Source: Smithellaceae bacterium
GTDB lineage: Bacteria > Desulfobacterota > Syntrophia > Syntrophales > Smithellaceae
Direction of reading: 5' to 3'
Assembly (NCBI GenBank): GCA_963667845.2
Contig: CAXXVL010000001.1
Location: 224,001 to 288,000 of the forward strand
DNA: 64,000 bases
Below are positions 19,738 to 29,582 of the stretch, in pieces (within the stretch, counting starts at the first letter, position 1; each line of letters starts with the position of its first letter). The notes beneath the pieces were generated by a model. It had not been told where the DNA came from and searched no databases. It saw nothing but the letters and a program-made list of their open reading frames with translations. A program made the translations under genes and the position numbers.

Positions 19738-19890
19738 ATGGCTCGCGACGAAAACATGATACCACTCGACAAACTGTTTGAAGTAACAACCAAGAAATTC
19801 AGAATCGGAAAATCCAAAGACGAGGATTTGGAGCTGGACGATCGCATGTGGGAAATGGATGAGTACGAAAATGAGGAGCATCCTTCATAG
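19738..19890 (+). CDS. 50-aa acidic small protein (not in the ORF track)
   Basis: RBS TAAGGAG, then MARDENMIPLDKLFEVTTKKFRIGKSKDEDLELDDRMWEMDEYENEEHPS*. Confidence 0.6.
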   Translation: MARDENMIPLDKLFEVTTKKFRIGKSKDEDLELDDRMWEMDEYENEEHPS

Positions 19891-19929
19891 AGGATGGCGC
19901 GACTTCCGGGAGCGGTTCTGTTTTACCAA

Positions 19930-20023
19930 AACCACCCCGCAGCAAGCTGTCGAGGTATGAAATGAACGTCACTATTACGCAGCAAATGACAGGGAATTAA
20001 CACTCGCCCCGCGTGAGTGGGAT
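19930..20023 (+). repeat. Diverged long copy of the CCTCGCAGCAAGCTG repeat family
   Basis: AACCACCCCGCAGCAAGCTGTCGAGGTATGAAATGAACGTCA...GAATTAAC...CCCGCGTGAGTGGGAT. Confidence 0.88.
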
Positions 20024-20150
20024 AAAATGTCAAAATAAAAACGTTCCCTTCATGCCGCAGAGCTCCGGGCTTGTTGAATTGCACCCTCGTCAGGTGTGTG
20101 CGCCGCGCCGGATGTTCATGCTTTAAAAATGCAGGTGTCAGCGCCCGCGC

Positions 20151-20381
20151 TCACTTTGACTTTGCCATCTTTAACGCCGGTTTGGACTTGGATTTCACCG
20201 CAGTCTTGACGCTTGCCTTTTTGGTTACGGGTTCTTGCGGCTGACCGGCCGAACTCCCTCTGCGCATCGGTCCTCCGCAGCAGATCAGGTTCGGGTCGTA
20301 GCAGGAGCAGGCCTTATTGACGACGACTTCCAGACCGCAATCCGCGCAGCAAAACACATCATCCTTCTTAATCCTTGCCAT
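20151..20381 (-). CDS. Desulforedoxin-like Cys-rich metal-binding protein with Lys-rich tail
   Basis: DVFCCADCGLEVVV...CSC...LICCGGPM; RBS AAGGAG. Confidence 0.7.
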   Translation of the reverse strand: MARIKKDDVFCCADCGLEVVVNKACSCYDPNLICCGGPMRRGSSAGQPQEPVTKKASVKTAVKSKSKPALKMAKSK

Positions 20382-20545
20382 GGTGGTTCTCCTTTTCTCG
20401 CTCAAGATAAAATTAATCTTTGCAGTGTCTGCCGAAAAGTCAATGGCAGTCATTCAAGATATTCAGGGGAGGGTAAAACGACTGCCGGAAAACACTGATG
20501 CGGCCCGGAAGAATCTGCGGAGACACGCGTGACGGATTCCGGCTG

Positions 20546-21286
20546 TTATCTGCGCGCCAGGGTTCTTGAAGAGTACATGGCGTAATGCAGATCCGTCGTG
20601 GTCTTGTATCCGGGGAAATAGCGCCGGGCGATCACATTCACGAGCGGATCGGTGATGCCGTTGAGAAACGTGAAGCTGGTATTATCCTGAAGGTGATGCG
20701 CGGCATGCTGCCGCTTCGGCAGCAGGAGTTTGATGCGCGCCAGAAAAAGGGCCGTAGGCGACATGGAATTGTGGACCAGGTAGTGGGAGACTTCCGCAAC
20801 CGAAGACAAAATGCCGATGTAGGTCAGCGTATAGAGGAGAATCGGATGGATATGCGGCAGATGAAACAAGACGGCCAGGGCCGCAAGATAGATGACCAGC
20901 CAGACTTTTGATCCGGTTTCAAAGAAATAAATAGCCAGCACATGGTTGTCCTGATACCTTGGCGTTCTGTGATGCAGATGAAAATTGGCAATAAGCGGTC
21001 CGGCCCAGGATTCGTAATGGTCATTGTGGTCCATGTATAGATGGATCAGACCGTTCACAAAATCAGTAATCAGATAAGCGGAGACGAACGCCGCGATTTG
21101 CCATCCGATCCCTATGGAAAGCCGAAGCGCGCAGATGAGCGTATAGATCTGCAAAGCGATATTGGCAATCGATACGCCCAGTCCCAGTAAGCGGTATCGC
21201 TTCTTGCCTTCATAAAGCGCCATCGCTGCGTTGAACTGCTTTTGCTTCAATTCCAGCTTCGTTAATTTATGTCGGGTTTTGTCCAT
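20546..21286 (-). CDS. CarF/TMEM189 (Kua)-family lipid desaturase-like protein
   Basis: DFVNGLIHLYMDH, FHLHHRTP, SHYLVH and HAAHH His boxes between TM segments. Confidence 0.8.
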   Translation of the reverse strand: MDKTRHKLTKLELKQKQFNAAMALYEGKKRYRLLGLGVSIANIALQIYTLICALRLSIGIGWQIAAFVSAYLITDFVNGLIHLYMDHNDHYESWAGPLIANFHLHHRTPRYQDNHVLAIYFFETGSKVWLVIYLAALAVLFHLPHIHPILLYTLTYIGILSSVAEVSHYLVHNSMSPTALFLARIKLLLPKRQHAAHHLQDNTSFTFLNGITDPLVNVIARRYFPGYKTTTDLHYAMYSSRTLARR

Positions 21287-21519
21287 AAATAAAGGACGTC
21301 GTCTCCTTTCCTAGGCATTCCTGTGCGACTATAATCTGCATATCGGGGGCCCGTTTGGCAAGTCAAAAAATACGGCGACGGCCTTATCGGGCAAGCCGCA
21401 CCGCGTCAAAGATGAAGCGCCGGGAATCGTTCATAAATTTTCGGCAAATCCTCAAGATAAAACATTTTGCATTTTTCCGGGGATTTTCCTAAAAGAGAGA
21501 AAAATATTCAAGGCTGGGA

Positions 21520-22356
21520 GTGAGAATGGACTTTCAATTTCATTACAATTTCCAAAATAGCATCTCCACCGAAGAGAATGCCTACTGGTTTATTTTCAAA
21601 AATGAAAAAATACTGGCGGCAACCGAAGGGGCCGGCACAAAGCCGCTGCTTATCCGGGCCGGGGACATACCCGGCTTAAATATGGAAGAAGCATTGCACA
21701 TAGGTGAACTGGATCACGTCAGCTGTTATGCAATCTTTGATCGAACAGAGCACGGCATTGAAATACCCGGCACCGAATGGGTCGGGCTGCGCCTGGCCTA
21801 CGGAAAATTTGACTACGAAATGTTCCAGATTTACGGCGGGGCCAGACACCTTCTTTTGTGGGCGGAAAACAACCGCTTTTGCGGGCGCTGCGGAAATCCC
21901 ATGGCGTTAAAATCCGATGAAAGATGCTTTCTCTGTCCTTCCTGCGGCTTCACCAGTTACCCGAGGATTTCTCCCGCGGTTATCGTCTCGATCGAAAAGG
22001 ACGGGAAATTACTGCTGGCCAGGTCCGGGAGGTTTCCCGGGGGCATGTTCAGCGTGCTGGCCGGCTTTGTCGAACCCGGCGAATCGCTCGAGGAATGTGT
22101 CAGGCGCGAAATCAAAGAGGAAGCCGGCATTGAAATCAAAAACATCCGCTATTTTAAAAGTCAGCCCTGGCCGTATCCCGATTCCCTGATGATCGCCTTT
22201 ACGGCCGAATATGCCGACGGAGAATTATCCATTGATGCCAATGAGCTGGTCGAAGCCGCGTGGTACGGGCCGGACGAGTTGCCCGTTATCCCGAGAAAAT
22301 TCAGTGTTGCCCGGGCTTTGATTGATCATTTTGTCGACCAAATGAAATTGAAATAA
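21520..22356 (+). CDS. nudC: NAD(+) diphosphatase
   Basis: FCGRCG/CPSCG zinc finger, YPRISPAVI, AGFVEPGESLEECVRREIKEE, SQPWP. Confidence 0.96.
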   Translation: MRMDFQFHYNFQNSISTEENAYWFIFKNEKILAATEGAGTKPLLIRAGDIPGLNMEEALHIGELDHVSCYAIFDRTEHGIEIPGTEWVGLRLAYGKFDYEMFQIYGGARHLLLWAENNRFCGRCGNPMALKSDERCFLCPSCGFTSYPRISPAVIVSIEKDGKLLLARSGRFPGGMFSVLAGFVEPGESLEECVRREIKEEAGIEIKNIRYFKSQPWPYPDSLMIAFTAEYADGELSIDANELVEAAWYGPDELPVIPRKFSVARALIDHFVDQMKLK

Positions 22357-22432
22357 TTCCATTTCTGAAGACGGCCGCACGATTTTTCTCCGGGATTGCC
22401 GGCGACCGGCGACGGCCGTTCATGCAGACCCG

Positions 22433-23224
22433 CTAGCGGGAAATCCTCTTTACGATGAGCAGGCCGCCGTGGCCGAAAACGGGCGTTGGAGCGCAAAGCG
22501 CGGCCAGCAGCCGCTCGGCGCTTACCCAGTAGGGGCCGTAATATTCCCGGTCCACATCAAGAACCAGTACGCGGCCGGAGGCGGCGTCATAAGCGCCGAG
22601 GGGTGAAATGTGCGGGTAGGGCCCGCCGGGATCGTTCGTGAGCTTGTCCTGTAAAAAGTGCACGATGACAAAGTCGTCGGCGGAGGCTTCGTTGGCTTCC
22701 AGGAGGGCACGCAATTCACCGAGAGCCCCGGGCGTGGCGTCGGTGAACGACCGGCGCGTCACCGTCCATCCTTTGATTCCGTATGTTTTGAAGGTATCCA
22801 AAACCACTTCTTCGAGTTCGGCAAGCGTGAGTCCCTTGCGGCCTTCCCATCCCTTATCGGTCAGGCGTTCTTTCCAGTGTGCCGCTTTGACGTCGTCGAG
22901 CAACTTGGACTGCCGATAATTGGCATCATTTGCCCGGAGATCTCCGCTGGTCCTCGCGATGGCGTTGAGCACGATGGTCACGGCGGCAACCGAGCAGTAA
23001 TTGCCGCTCTCCTGTCCCGTATAGTGGTTGATCAGCACCCAGAAATCGGGTGCCGGATGCTTCGCCGATTGAAAATATTCATGGGACTGCCAGAGCGGCA
23101 CGGCATAGGGAGCTCCGGCGGGGCCGTATTTGGGCGACACGGTAGCGACATCAGGCGCTGCCAATGCTAAGCCTGCACCCCAGAAAATGATCGCCAGACA
23201 AAGCAGAAAGACGCGTCGTATCAT
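22433..23224 (-). CDS. Exported phytochelatin synthase-family (papain-like) protein
   Basis: QESGNYCSVA, HISPLGAYD, VLVLDVDR, YGPYWV; signal peptide. Confidence 0.85.
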   Translation of the reverse strand: MIRRVFLLCLAIIFWGAGLALAAPDVATVSPKYGPAGAPYAVPLWQSHEYFQSAKHPAPDFWVLINHYTGQESGNYCSVAAVTIVLNAIARTSGDLRANDANYRQSKLLDDVKAAHWKERLTDKGWEGRKGLTLAELEEVVLDTFKTYGIKGWTVTRRSFTDATPGALGELRALLEANEASADDFVIVHFLQDKLTNDPGGPYPHISPLGAYDAASGRVLVLDVDREYYGPYWVSAERLLAALCAPTPVFGHGGLLIVKRISR

Positions 23225-23305
23225 AAGGCCTCCCGGGCATGAAAAGTGCTGCGCGACTTTTGAAACATGAAGCGCGAAACCCTCTTCTTTTAATTTCCTT
23301 CGGTT

Positions 23306-23920
23306 TTAAGTATTGCTGAAACTCCGGGCGATGACCCGGGCGACGTTCAGCATGTGCTGGCGAACGTCCCGGGGCTTGCGGCCCGGATAATTCCGAAACG
23401 TAATGAGCACGCCGTTTAAAGCCGCGAAGAAAGCATGCGACAATAATCGTACGGGTTCGGGCCTTTTCATTTTCCGGAAAAGCTTATCAAACAGATCAAA
23501 AATCCGCCGTTCTGCAGCATTGAGCTTTTCAATTTTTTCCTTGGAGAGCGAGCCGTCCAGCATGAAATGCGTCATCATCCGGAAGTATTGATCGTTATCC
23601 ATCAGATAGGTGACATAGGCGTCGCTGATTTTGGTGATGTCCGGGATTTTGCCGTTTTCGATGAGCCCCGTGAGCGTATCGCCGATCTCCCCGGCTCCAT
23701 GCAAAAAGGCCTCCACAAACAGCGCCTGCTGATCGGGAAAATATCGGTAGATGGAGGCATGGGAAATGCCGGCCTCTTTGGCAATATCCCGGATGCTGAC
23801 TTTGTTAAAAGGTTTGACGGCAAACACACGCTCGGCGGCATCAATGATGATGGTCTGACGGGCCAGCTTCGCCTCGTCCTTGAGATGAGAAAATGTTTTG
23901 GTTTGTTTTACGGGCTTCAT
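23306..23920 (-). CDS. TetR/AcrR transcriptional regulator
   Basis: IIDAAERVF...SIRDIAKEAGISHASIYRYF. Confidence 0.95.
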   Translation of the reverse strand: MKPVKQTKTFSHLKDEAKLARQTIIIDAAERVFAVKPFNKVSIRDIAKEAGISHASIYRYFPDQQALFVEAFLHGAGEIGDTLTGLIENGKIPDITKISDAYVTYLMDNDQYFRMMTHFMLDGSLSKEKIEKLNAAERRIFDLFDKLFRKMKRPEPVRLLSHAFFAALNGVLITFRNYPGRKPRDVRQHMLNVARVIARSFSNT

Positions 23921-23965
23921 AAGGTGATTTCTATATCACAAATAGTTCCCGACTGAAAAATAAAC

Positions 23966-24007
23966 TTGATTTTGTAACCAGTGGTTTGTATAGTAACCAC
24001 GGGTTAC
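23966..24007 (+). promoter_or_regulatory. Sigma-70 promoter overlapped by two palindromic operators
   Basis: TTGATT-N17-TATAGT; GTAACC-N3-GGTTTG (23974-23988) and GTAACC-N3-GGTTAC (23993-24007). Confidence 0.75.
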
Positions 24008-24028
24008 AATTTACCTGAGGAGGTTCGT

Positions 24029-25624
24029 ATGTCGTTTGCAGATAGAAACAACCCCTATAACTTTAATGAATTCCTGGCGTGGCGCCAGGGTGTCGATTAC
24101 TACCGTGACGATCCCTTTATCCAGAAGGTCGTGAAGCATTTTGCGGGCGATATGCGCGAGCAGGTCGATGCCGAGGCGCGTGCGGTTTCGCAAAAAGCTT
24201 CTTTCCGCTGGCGGGACATGGCGGACCGGATTGCGCGTCCGGAGCTCCGCCCCTTCATGCTGCATTATGACGGCCACCACAATCGCATCGACCGGATCTG
24301 CCGTCCCCTGGATACGGAGATTATGGAGCGGGAGATTTTTTCGGAGGCTTTCTTTGCCGACAAAACGTCGCCCTGGGTGAAGCTCATCAAGATGTTCCTG
24401 GTCTACCAAAACGGCGAAGCCTGCGTGGCCTGCCCGATCACGTGCACGGAAGGCCTGGTGATGCTGCTCGAAAAATATGCCGACACGCCGGAAACAAAGC
24501 AGATCCTTCAGCACTGCAAGGAAGGCAGCGACGGCGTATATGCCATCGGCGCGCAATATCTATCGGAGATTCAGGGGGGATCGGACGTGCCGTCCAATGT
24601 TCTGGAGGCCGTGAATGAAAACGGCGTCTGGAAACTCTACGGCACCAAGTTCTTCTGCTCGGCCACGCACGCCGAGTATTCCGTCGTGACCGCGAAGCCC
24701 TTGGGATCGGAGAGGGTCGCCCTGTTTGTCGTGCCGTCGTGGCTCCCCGGCAATAAAGAAAAGGAAATCCGCAACGGCTACACCATCGACCGGATCAAAT
24801 GGAAACTGGGAACAAGCGAACTCACCACGGGCGAACTCACCTTCAACGGCGCGGTTGGTTATCCGGTGGGGCCGCTGGATAAAGGCGTCGCCAATGTCGT
24901 CGGCATTGTCCTCACCTATTCGCGCCTGACGGTCGGACTTTCCGCCGCCGCGTTCATGACGCGGGCCGTCCGCGAAGCAGTGAAGTATGCGACTCTCCGA
25001 AAAGCCTTCGAATTGCCGATCGGCCAGTTCCCCCTCGTGGCCGTTCAACTCGACAGAATCACGAAGACTACCCAAAGGACAACCGCCGGCGCCTTTAAAC
25101 TGTACCGCGACTTTCTGTCCCTCGAGGGAGGTTTGAAAGGAAGCCAGTCAGGCGATGAGCCAATGCCTGCGCGCCGGAAGCGCTTCATCATCCGTGAACT
25201 CATTATGCTGCAGAAGATTGCCGCCTCGTGGGACTGCACCGATGTGATCCGCGAAGCCATGTCGATTTTCGGTGGCCACGGCGTGATGGAGGATTTCTCC
25301 GCACTACCCCGCCTCTATCGGGACTCGGCCATTAACGAATTGTGGGAAGGCCCGCGCAATGTGCTGCTCACGCAGATGCATCGCGATTTGCAGCAGGCGG
25401 CCGCCTGGTACGAGCCCACGGAATTCGTCGCCAATATTCTCACCGGACTTGATCAATCGCTGATCGACGAGCTCGCTTTGGAAATCAAAGCCATTGTTGC
25501 GCATCCGCACTTGTTTCAGCCGGACGATGCAACCATTGACATCTGTAAGCGCTGGGATGCTTTCTGCCACAAGTTCTTCCATGCCTATCAGGATCTGGCC
25601 TTAAAGGAAGTGGATCACGTATAG
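24029..25624 (+). CDS. Acyl-CoA dehydrogenase (AidB-like)
   Basis: CPITCT, QYLSEIQGGSDV, GTKFFCSA, FGGHGVMED, ELWEGPRNV; RBS GAGGAGG. Confidence 0.93.
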   Translation: MSFADRNNPYNFNEFLAWRQGVDYYRDDPFIQKVVKHFAGDMREQVDAEARAVSQKASFRWRDMADRIARPELRPFMLHYDGHHNRIDRICRPLDTEIMEREIFSEAFFADKTSPWVKLIKMFLVYQNGEACVACPITCTEGLVMLLEKYADTPETKQILQHCKEGSDGVYAIGAQYLSEIQGGSDVPSNVLEAVNENGVWKLYGTKFFCSATHAEYSVVTAKPLGSERVALFVVPSWLPGNKEKEIRNGYTIDRIKWKLGTSELTTGELTFNGAVGYPVGPLDKGVANVVGIVLTYSRLTVGLSAAAFMTRAVREAVKYATLRKAFELPIGQFPLVAVQLDRITKTTQRTTAGAFKLYRDFLSLEGGLKGSQSGDEPMPARRKRFIIRELIMLQKIAASWDCTDVIREAMSIFGGHGVMEDFSALPRLYRDSAINELWEGPRNVLLTQMHRDLQQAAAWYEPTEFVANILTGLDQSLIDELALEIKAIVAHPHLFQPDDATIDICKRWDAFCHKFFHAYQDLALKEVDHV

Positions 25625-25678
25625 TCAGGGGTGTCGCACGGCTGATTGATGAACCGCCTGATCGGTAGCAAGAATTAG

Positions 25679-25715
25679 CGCCTGCAAACCGACGGATGGT
25701 TTGCAGGCGTTTGTA
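25679..25715 (+). terminator. Hairpin terminator, related to the hairpin at 54761
   Basis: CGCCTGCAAACC-N7-GGTTTGCAGGCG followed by a T-rich tract. Confidence 0.7.
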
Positions 25716-26171
25716 TTTGTAGAAGTGGGGACAAAGAAGATAGGAAATAATAAGGATGGGTATTACTTATGAAGTAAGTTAACAGCGGCCCTATTTCTTC
25801 CAGGATGATGTTTCGATCGCTGGTCGGGACCCGCCACACCTGGCGTGATGATGGCCTGGTTGCGGAAAAGCTGGAAAAAGAAGATCGACGTGAAATAGAC
25901 AAAGACAGGATACAAAATTGAGAAAAACTATTGACCGGCAGACTTCTTCCGCAACACGATTGTCCCGGCTAAGACGCCGTGTTTAACTAGTAATGATTAA
26001 TGTTGTCTCATTGAAAATATGATATATATATAACGTTTAAATATTTTGATGCCTCAAGATAATCTGGCAGATAAGGGAGAAAGCAGATCTCAAACTGATA
26101 GCATCCGGGAAAAAATGGGTCTACTCGGCTCAAAAAGCTAATCGGGCAATTAATTGATTATCAGGTAAATC

Positions 26172-28439
26172 ATGAAGCTACACTGGCTGACGCTGAAATT
26201 CTCTGGAAACGAATCGCAACTTGAAGCGCCATTTTTAAGCGATTACTATCGGGTGTCGCTCCCTCTCATCCGCATATCCCTGATACTGGCCATGCTCTTT
26301 TACGGCGTTTTCGGTATTTTGGATGCGCTCCTCATGCCGGAGCAAAAATCCACGATATGGTTTATCCGTTTTGCTGTCGTCTGCCCCGTACTTTTCGGCA
26401 CTTTACTGGCAACGTTTTCCAAGTCCTTTGAACGGTATATGCATCCTCTCCTGGCCGGTGTTTGCATTCTGGCCGGCGGCGGCATTGTTTGCATGATTGT
26501 CATTGCCCCGCCGCCCGTCAATTATTCCTATTATGCCGGTCTGCTGCTTATTTTTATCTGGGGCTACACATTTTCCCGCATCTTGTTCATTTGGGCGACA
26601 CTTGCCGGCTGGGTGCAGGTGGTATTGTACGAAATTGCGGCCATCTGGATCAGTCCGACGCCCTTCGCCATTCTCGTCAACAACAACTTCTTCTTCATCA
26701 GCATCAACTTTATTGGAATGCTGGCCTGTTATTTCATGGAACTCTATTCCCGGCGTGATTTTTTTCGTCGGCAACAATTGGAGCTCGAGCGGGAAAAAGT
26801 TAACAAGGCGAATCAAGAACTGGAAGAACGTGTGGAAAAGCGAACGGCCGATTATCAGATCATTAATCGGGCGCTGGAGCAGGAAATGCTCAGCCACAAA
26901 CAGTCGGAAGAGAAATTTCGTCTGATCACAGAAAATATGTTCGATTGCATCTCTTTAGTGGATACGAGCGGCGCATATCAATACGTATCCCCCTCCTACA
27001 AAGAAATTCTCGGATATACCTCGGAAGATATGATTGGTTTGACAGGGTTCGATTTTGCCCATCCGGATGATCTCGAACGGATAACACGGATCTATCTGGA
27101 AGGTCTTGAGCAGCATTGGCGTGAAGCCAGCTTTGAAACGCGTATTCGCCACAAGAATGGTCACTATGTACCGATGGAGATCAGAGTGCGGGAAGTGAAA
27201 GATCCTCAGGGAAACCAAATCGGAGGAATCCTTGCCGCTCGGGATATAACGAAACGCGTGCAATTGGAGCAGGAGCACAAGCAGGCGGAGGAAGAAAAGC
27301 GAAGACTGGAAGAGCGCCTGCAGCATGCGGATAAGATGGACTCCATCGGCACATTGGCCGGCGGGATTGCCCACGACTTCAACAATTTACTCATGGGCAT
27401 TCAGGGATTTGCTTCTCTGACGCTTCTGAATCTTGATCCGGAAGATCCGAATTGCGAAAATCTCAAAATGATTGAAGAACAGGCGCAAAGCGGGGCGGAG
27501 CTCACCAAACAATTGCTGGGCTTTGCCCGCGGGGGAAGATACGAAGTGAAACCGGCTGATATGAACGAAATAATCGAAAAATCATCCTCCATGTTTGGAA
27601 GAACCAAAAAGGAAATCACCATTCACAAGAAATACGAAAAAGATATATACCCTGTGGAAGTTGACCTCGGACAGATGGAACAGGTGTTCATGAATTTGTA
27701 TGTCAATGCCTGGCAGGCCATGCCCGGGGGTGGAAATATCTATCTGGAAACGGAAAATGTTTTTTGGGATGATCAACAAGCGCTTACCTATACTCTCAAA
27801 CCGGGGCGGTATATCAAGATATCCGTGACCGACACCGGTACAGGAATAGACGAGAAGACAAAGGTGCGTATTTTTGATCCCTTTTTCACTACAAAAAAGA
27901 TGGGAAGAGGAACCGGACTGGGACTGGCGATGGTCTATGGAATCATTAAGGGTCATAAAGGAATGATCGATGTATCCAGTGAACCGGGGAGTGGAACAAA
28001 GTTTACGATCTATTTGCCTGCTTCGGAAATGGAAGTGGTAAAGGAAAAGGCGGAACCCATGACAATCGCCAGGGGTAAGGGAACGATCATGCTGGTGGAT
28101 GATGAACAGATGGTTCTGCGGGCAAACAAGGGAATGCTGGAATTTTTAGGTTACACGGTCTATGCGGTCGGCAGCGGTCAGGAAGCAATAGCCGTTTATA
28201 TGGAAAAAAGAAACACCATTGACCTGGTGATTCTGGATATGATCATGCCGGGGCTATCGGGAGGTGAGACTTTCAATCGTCTCCGGGAGATAAATTCCGG
28301 GATCAAAGTACTTCTTTCCAGCGGATACAGTGCCGACGGGGCAGCTCAAACAATCATGAAACGCGGCTGCAACGGTTTCCTGCAAAAGCCCTTTCAAATT
28401 GAAAAACTCTCCCAGAAGGTCAGAGAGATGTTAGCCTGA
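26172..28439 (+). CDS. Hybrid sensor histidine kinase (multi-TM, PAS, HisKA, HATPase, REC)
   Basis: GTLAGGIAHDFNNLL, NLYVNA, DTGTG, PFFTTK, GTGLGL, ILDMIMP. Confidence 0.96.
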   Translation: MKLHWLTLKFSGNESQLEAPFLSDYYRVSLPLIRISLILAMLFYGVFGILDALLMPEQKSTIWFIRFAVVCPVLFGTLLATFSKSFERYMHPLLAGVCILAGGGIVCMIVIAPPPVNYSYYAGLLLIFIWGYTFSRILFIWATLAGWVQVVLYEIAAIWISPTPFAILVNNNFFFISINFIGMLACYFMELYSRRDFFRRQQLELEREKVNKANQELEERVEKRTADYQIINRALEQEMLSHKQSEEKFRLITENMFDCISLVDTSGAYQYVSPSYKEILGYTSEDMIGLTGFDFAHPDDLERITRIYLEGLEQHWREASFETRIRHKNGHYVPMEIRVREVKDPQGNQIGGILAARDITKRVQLEQEHKQAEEEKRRLEERLQHADKMDSIGTLAGGIAHDFNNLLMGIQGFASLTLLNLDPEDPNCENLKMIEEQAQSGAELTKQLLGFARGGRYEVKPADMNEIIEKSSSMFGRTKKEITIHKKYEKDIYPVEVDLGQMEQVFMNLYVNAWQAMPGGGNIYLETENVFWDDQQALTYTLKPGRYIKISVTDTGTGIDEKTKVRIFDPFFTTKKMGRGTGLGLAMVYGIIKGHKGMIDVSSEPGSGTKFTIYLPASEMEVVKEKAEPMTIARGKGTIMLVDDEQMVLRANKGMLEFLGYTVYAVGSGQEAIAVYMEKRNTIDLVILDMIMPGLSGGETFNRLREINSGIKVLLSSGYSADGAAQTIMKRGCNGFLQKPFQIEKLSQKVREMLA

Positions 28440-28520
28440 GATGAATTCCGGTTCAAAGCACGAGCAATACAGGATGTCCTCTATTGCTCCCTGATCAAGG
28501 AATGTACAGCCAGATTTATT

Positions 28521-28810
28521 TCCCTCCCGCTTGTGCCCTTTAGGGTATGAGGGGAGGATTTAGGGAGGGTGAAAATATTAATTGTCACTCCCCCAGAGGC
28601 CGGAATCCAGAGATTCTTAACGGAGCCGCAGTTGCACCGGGGCATCCCATCGCTCAGCATGCCCTGCAACTGCGGTTCGGTTTCCATTTTCAATTCAAGA
28701 TGATATCGCGGCGGCTAAGAGGAGGCGATGAGGCGTATTACTTATACGTCGAGGAAGCAGACGACCCCCTTGGCAGGGGGCGCGTGACGCCAACAAAGGT
28801 AGCGCTTGAA
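28521..28810 (+). repeat. Nest of degenerate REP-like palindromic elements
   Basis: TCCCTCCC...GGGGAGGATTTAGGGAGGG (28521-28571); GTCACTCCCCCAGAGGCCGGAATCCAG (28584-28610); TTCAAG...GGCGTAT-N5-ATACGTC...CTTGAA (28694-28810). Confidence 0.55.
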
Positions 28811-28871
28811 TCGGAAATGGAAGGGCTCATTTCGCGACAGCCGAATACGTGCCTGCGGTTCAAACAGTTCG

Positions 28872-28995
28872 ACAGGATTGCAAGAATACTCATGACCGCC
28901 GGCATGACAAAAGCCAGACGATAGCTAGAAGTCGCATCACATATTCTACCGGAGATAAAGGGTCCAAATGCGCCAAAGCCCGATGATGAATATTG
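28872..28995 (-). pseudogene. Duplicated 3' fragment of the MFS gene at 30915-32138
   Basis: Aligns to 30962-31084 (GAFGPFISGRICDATSSYRLAFVM vs GAFGPFIAGKIFDATSSYRLAFVM) with a 1-nt insertion. Confidence 0.9.
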
Positions 28996-29183
28996 AGTAC
29001 GACAAGGGGTCAAGTATTCTCTTTGCTCAACTTTTAAAAGTTCGAGCATAGATGTATTCGCCAATAACAGCATACGGCTGATTTATCAGGGCTTTAAAAG
29101 GAACTTTTGATAATTTGTTGATTTCTTTTTAGAGATGCAATATTTTACACGAACAAAAAGAATTCTTATTCGCGAGGTGCCTT

Positions 29184-29579
29184 ATGTTTTCTAAATTGTT
29201 CACTTCGGGCAGCATTATCATCGGTCTTCTCTTTATCGTTGGTTTTAGTGGACCAGTGCAGAGCCAAACTTTGAACCCGGCATTGGAACAGCAATTCATG
29301 GATGCCAAAACGGCCATTCTTGCAGCGCAGTCGGCACAGGCAGACAAGTACGCACCGGACAAGCTGAAAGAAGCCATGGAGTGCATGACCCGGGCAGATC
29401 GTGCGCGCCTGGCAAAGGACGAAATAGAGTTCTCACAAGCCACGCGTATGGCCCGTGCTTTTGCTGAACTGGCGACAGTTTCGTCTGAATTGGAGATCAA
29501 ACGGGAAAAACAGGCTGCTGTTCAGATTGAACTGCAAGAAATCAAAGCTGAAATTCAAGGTCTGGAAAAAGAAAGATAG
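29184..29579 (+). CDS. DUF4398-like exported helical protein
   Basis: AKTAILAAQSAQADKYAPDKLKEA; directly upstream of an OmpA-family gene. Confidence 0.75.
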   Translation: MFSKLFTSGSIIIGLLFIVGFSGPVQSQTLNPALEQQFMDAKTAILAAQSAQADKYAPDKLKEAMECMTRADRARLAKDEIEFSQATRMARAFAELATVSSELEIKREKQAAVQIELQEIKAEIQGLEKER

Positions 29580-29582
29580 GAG

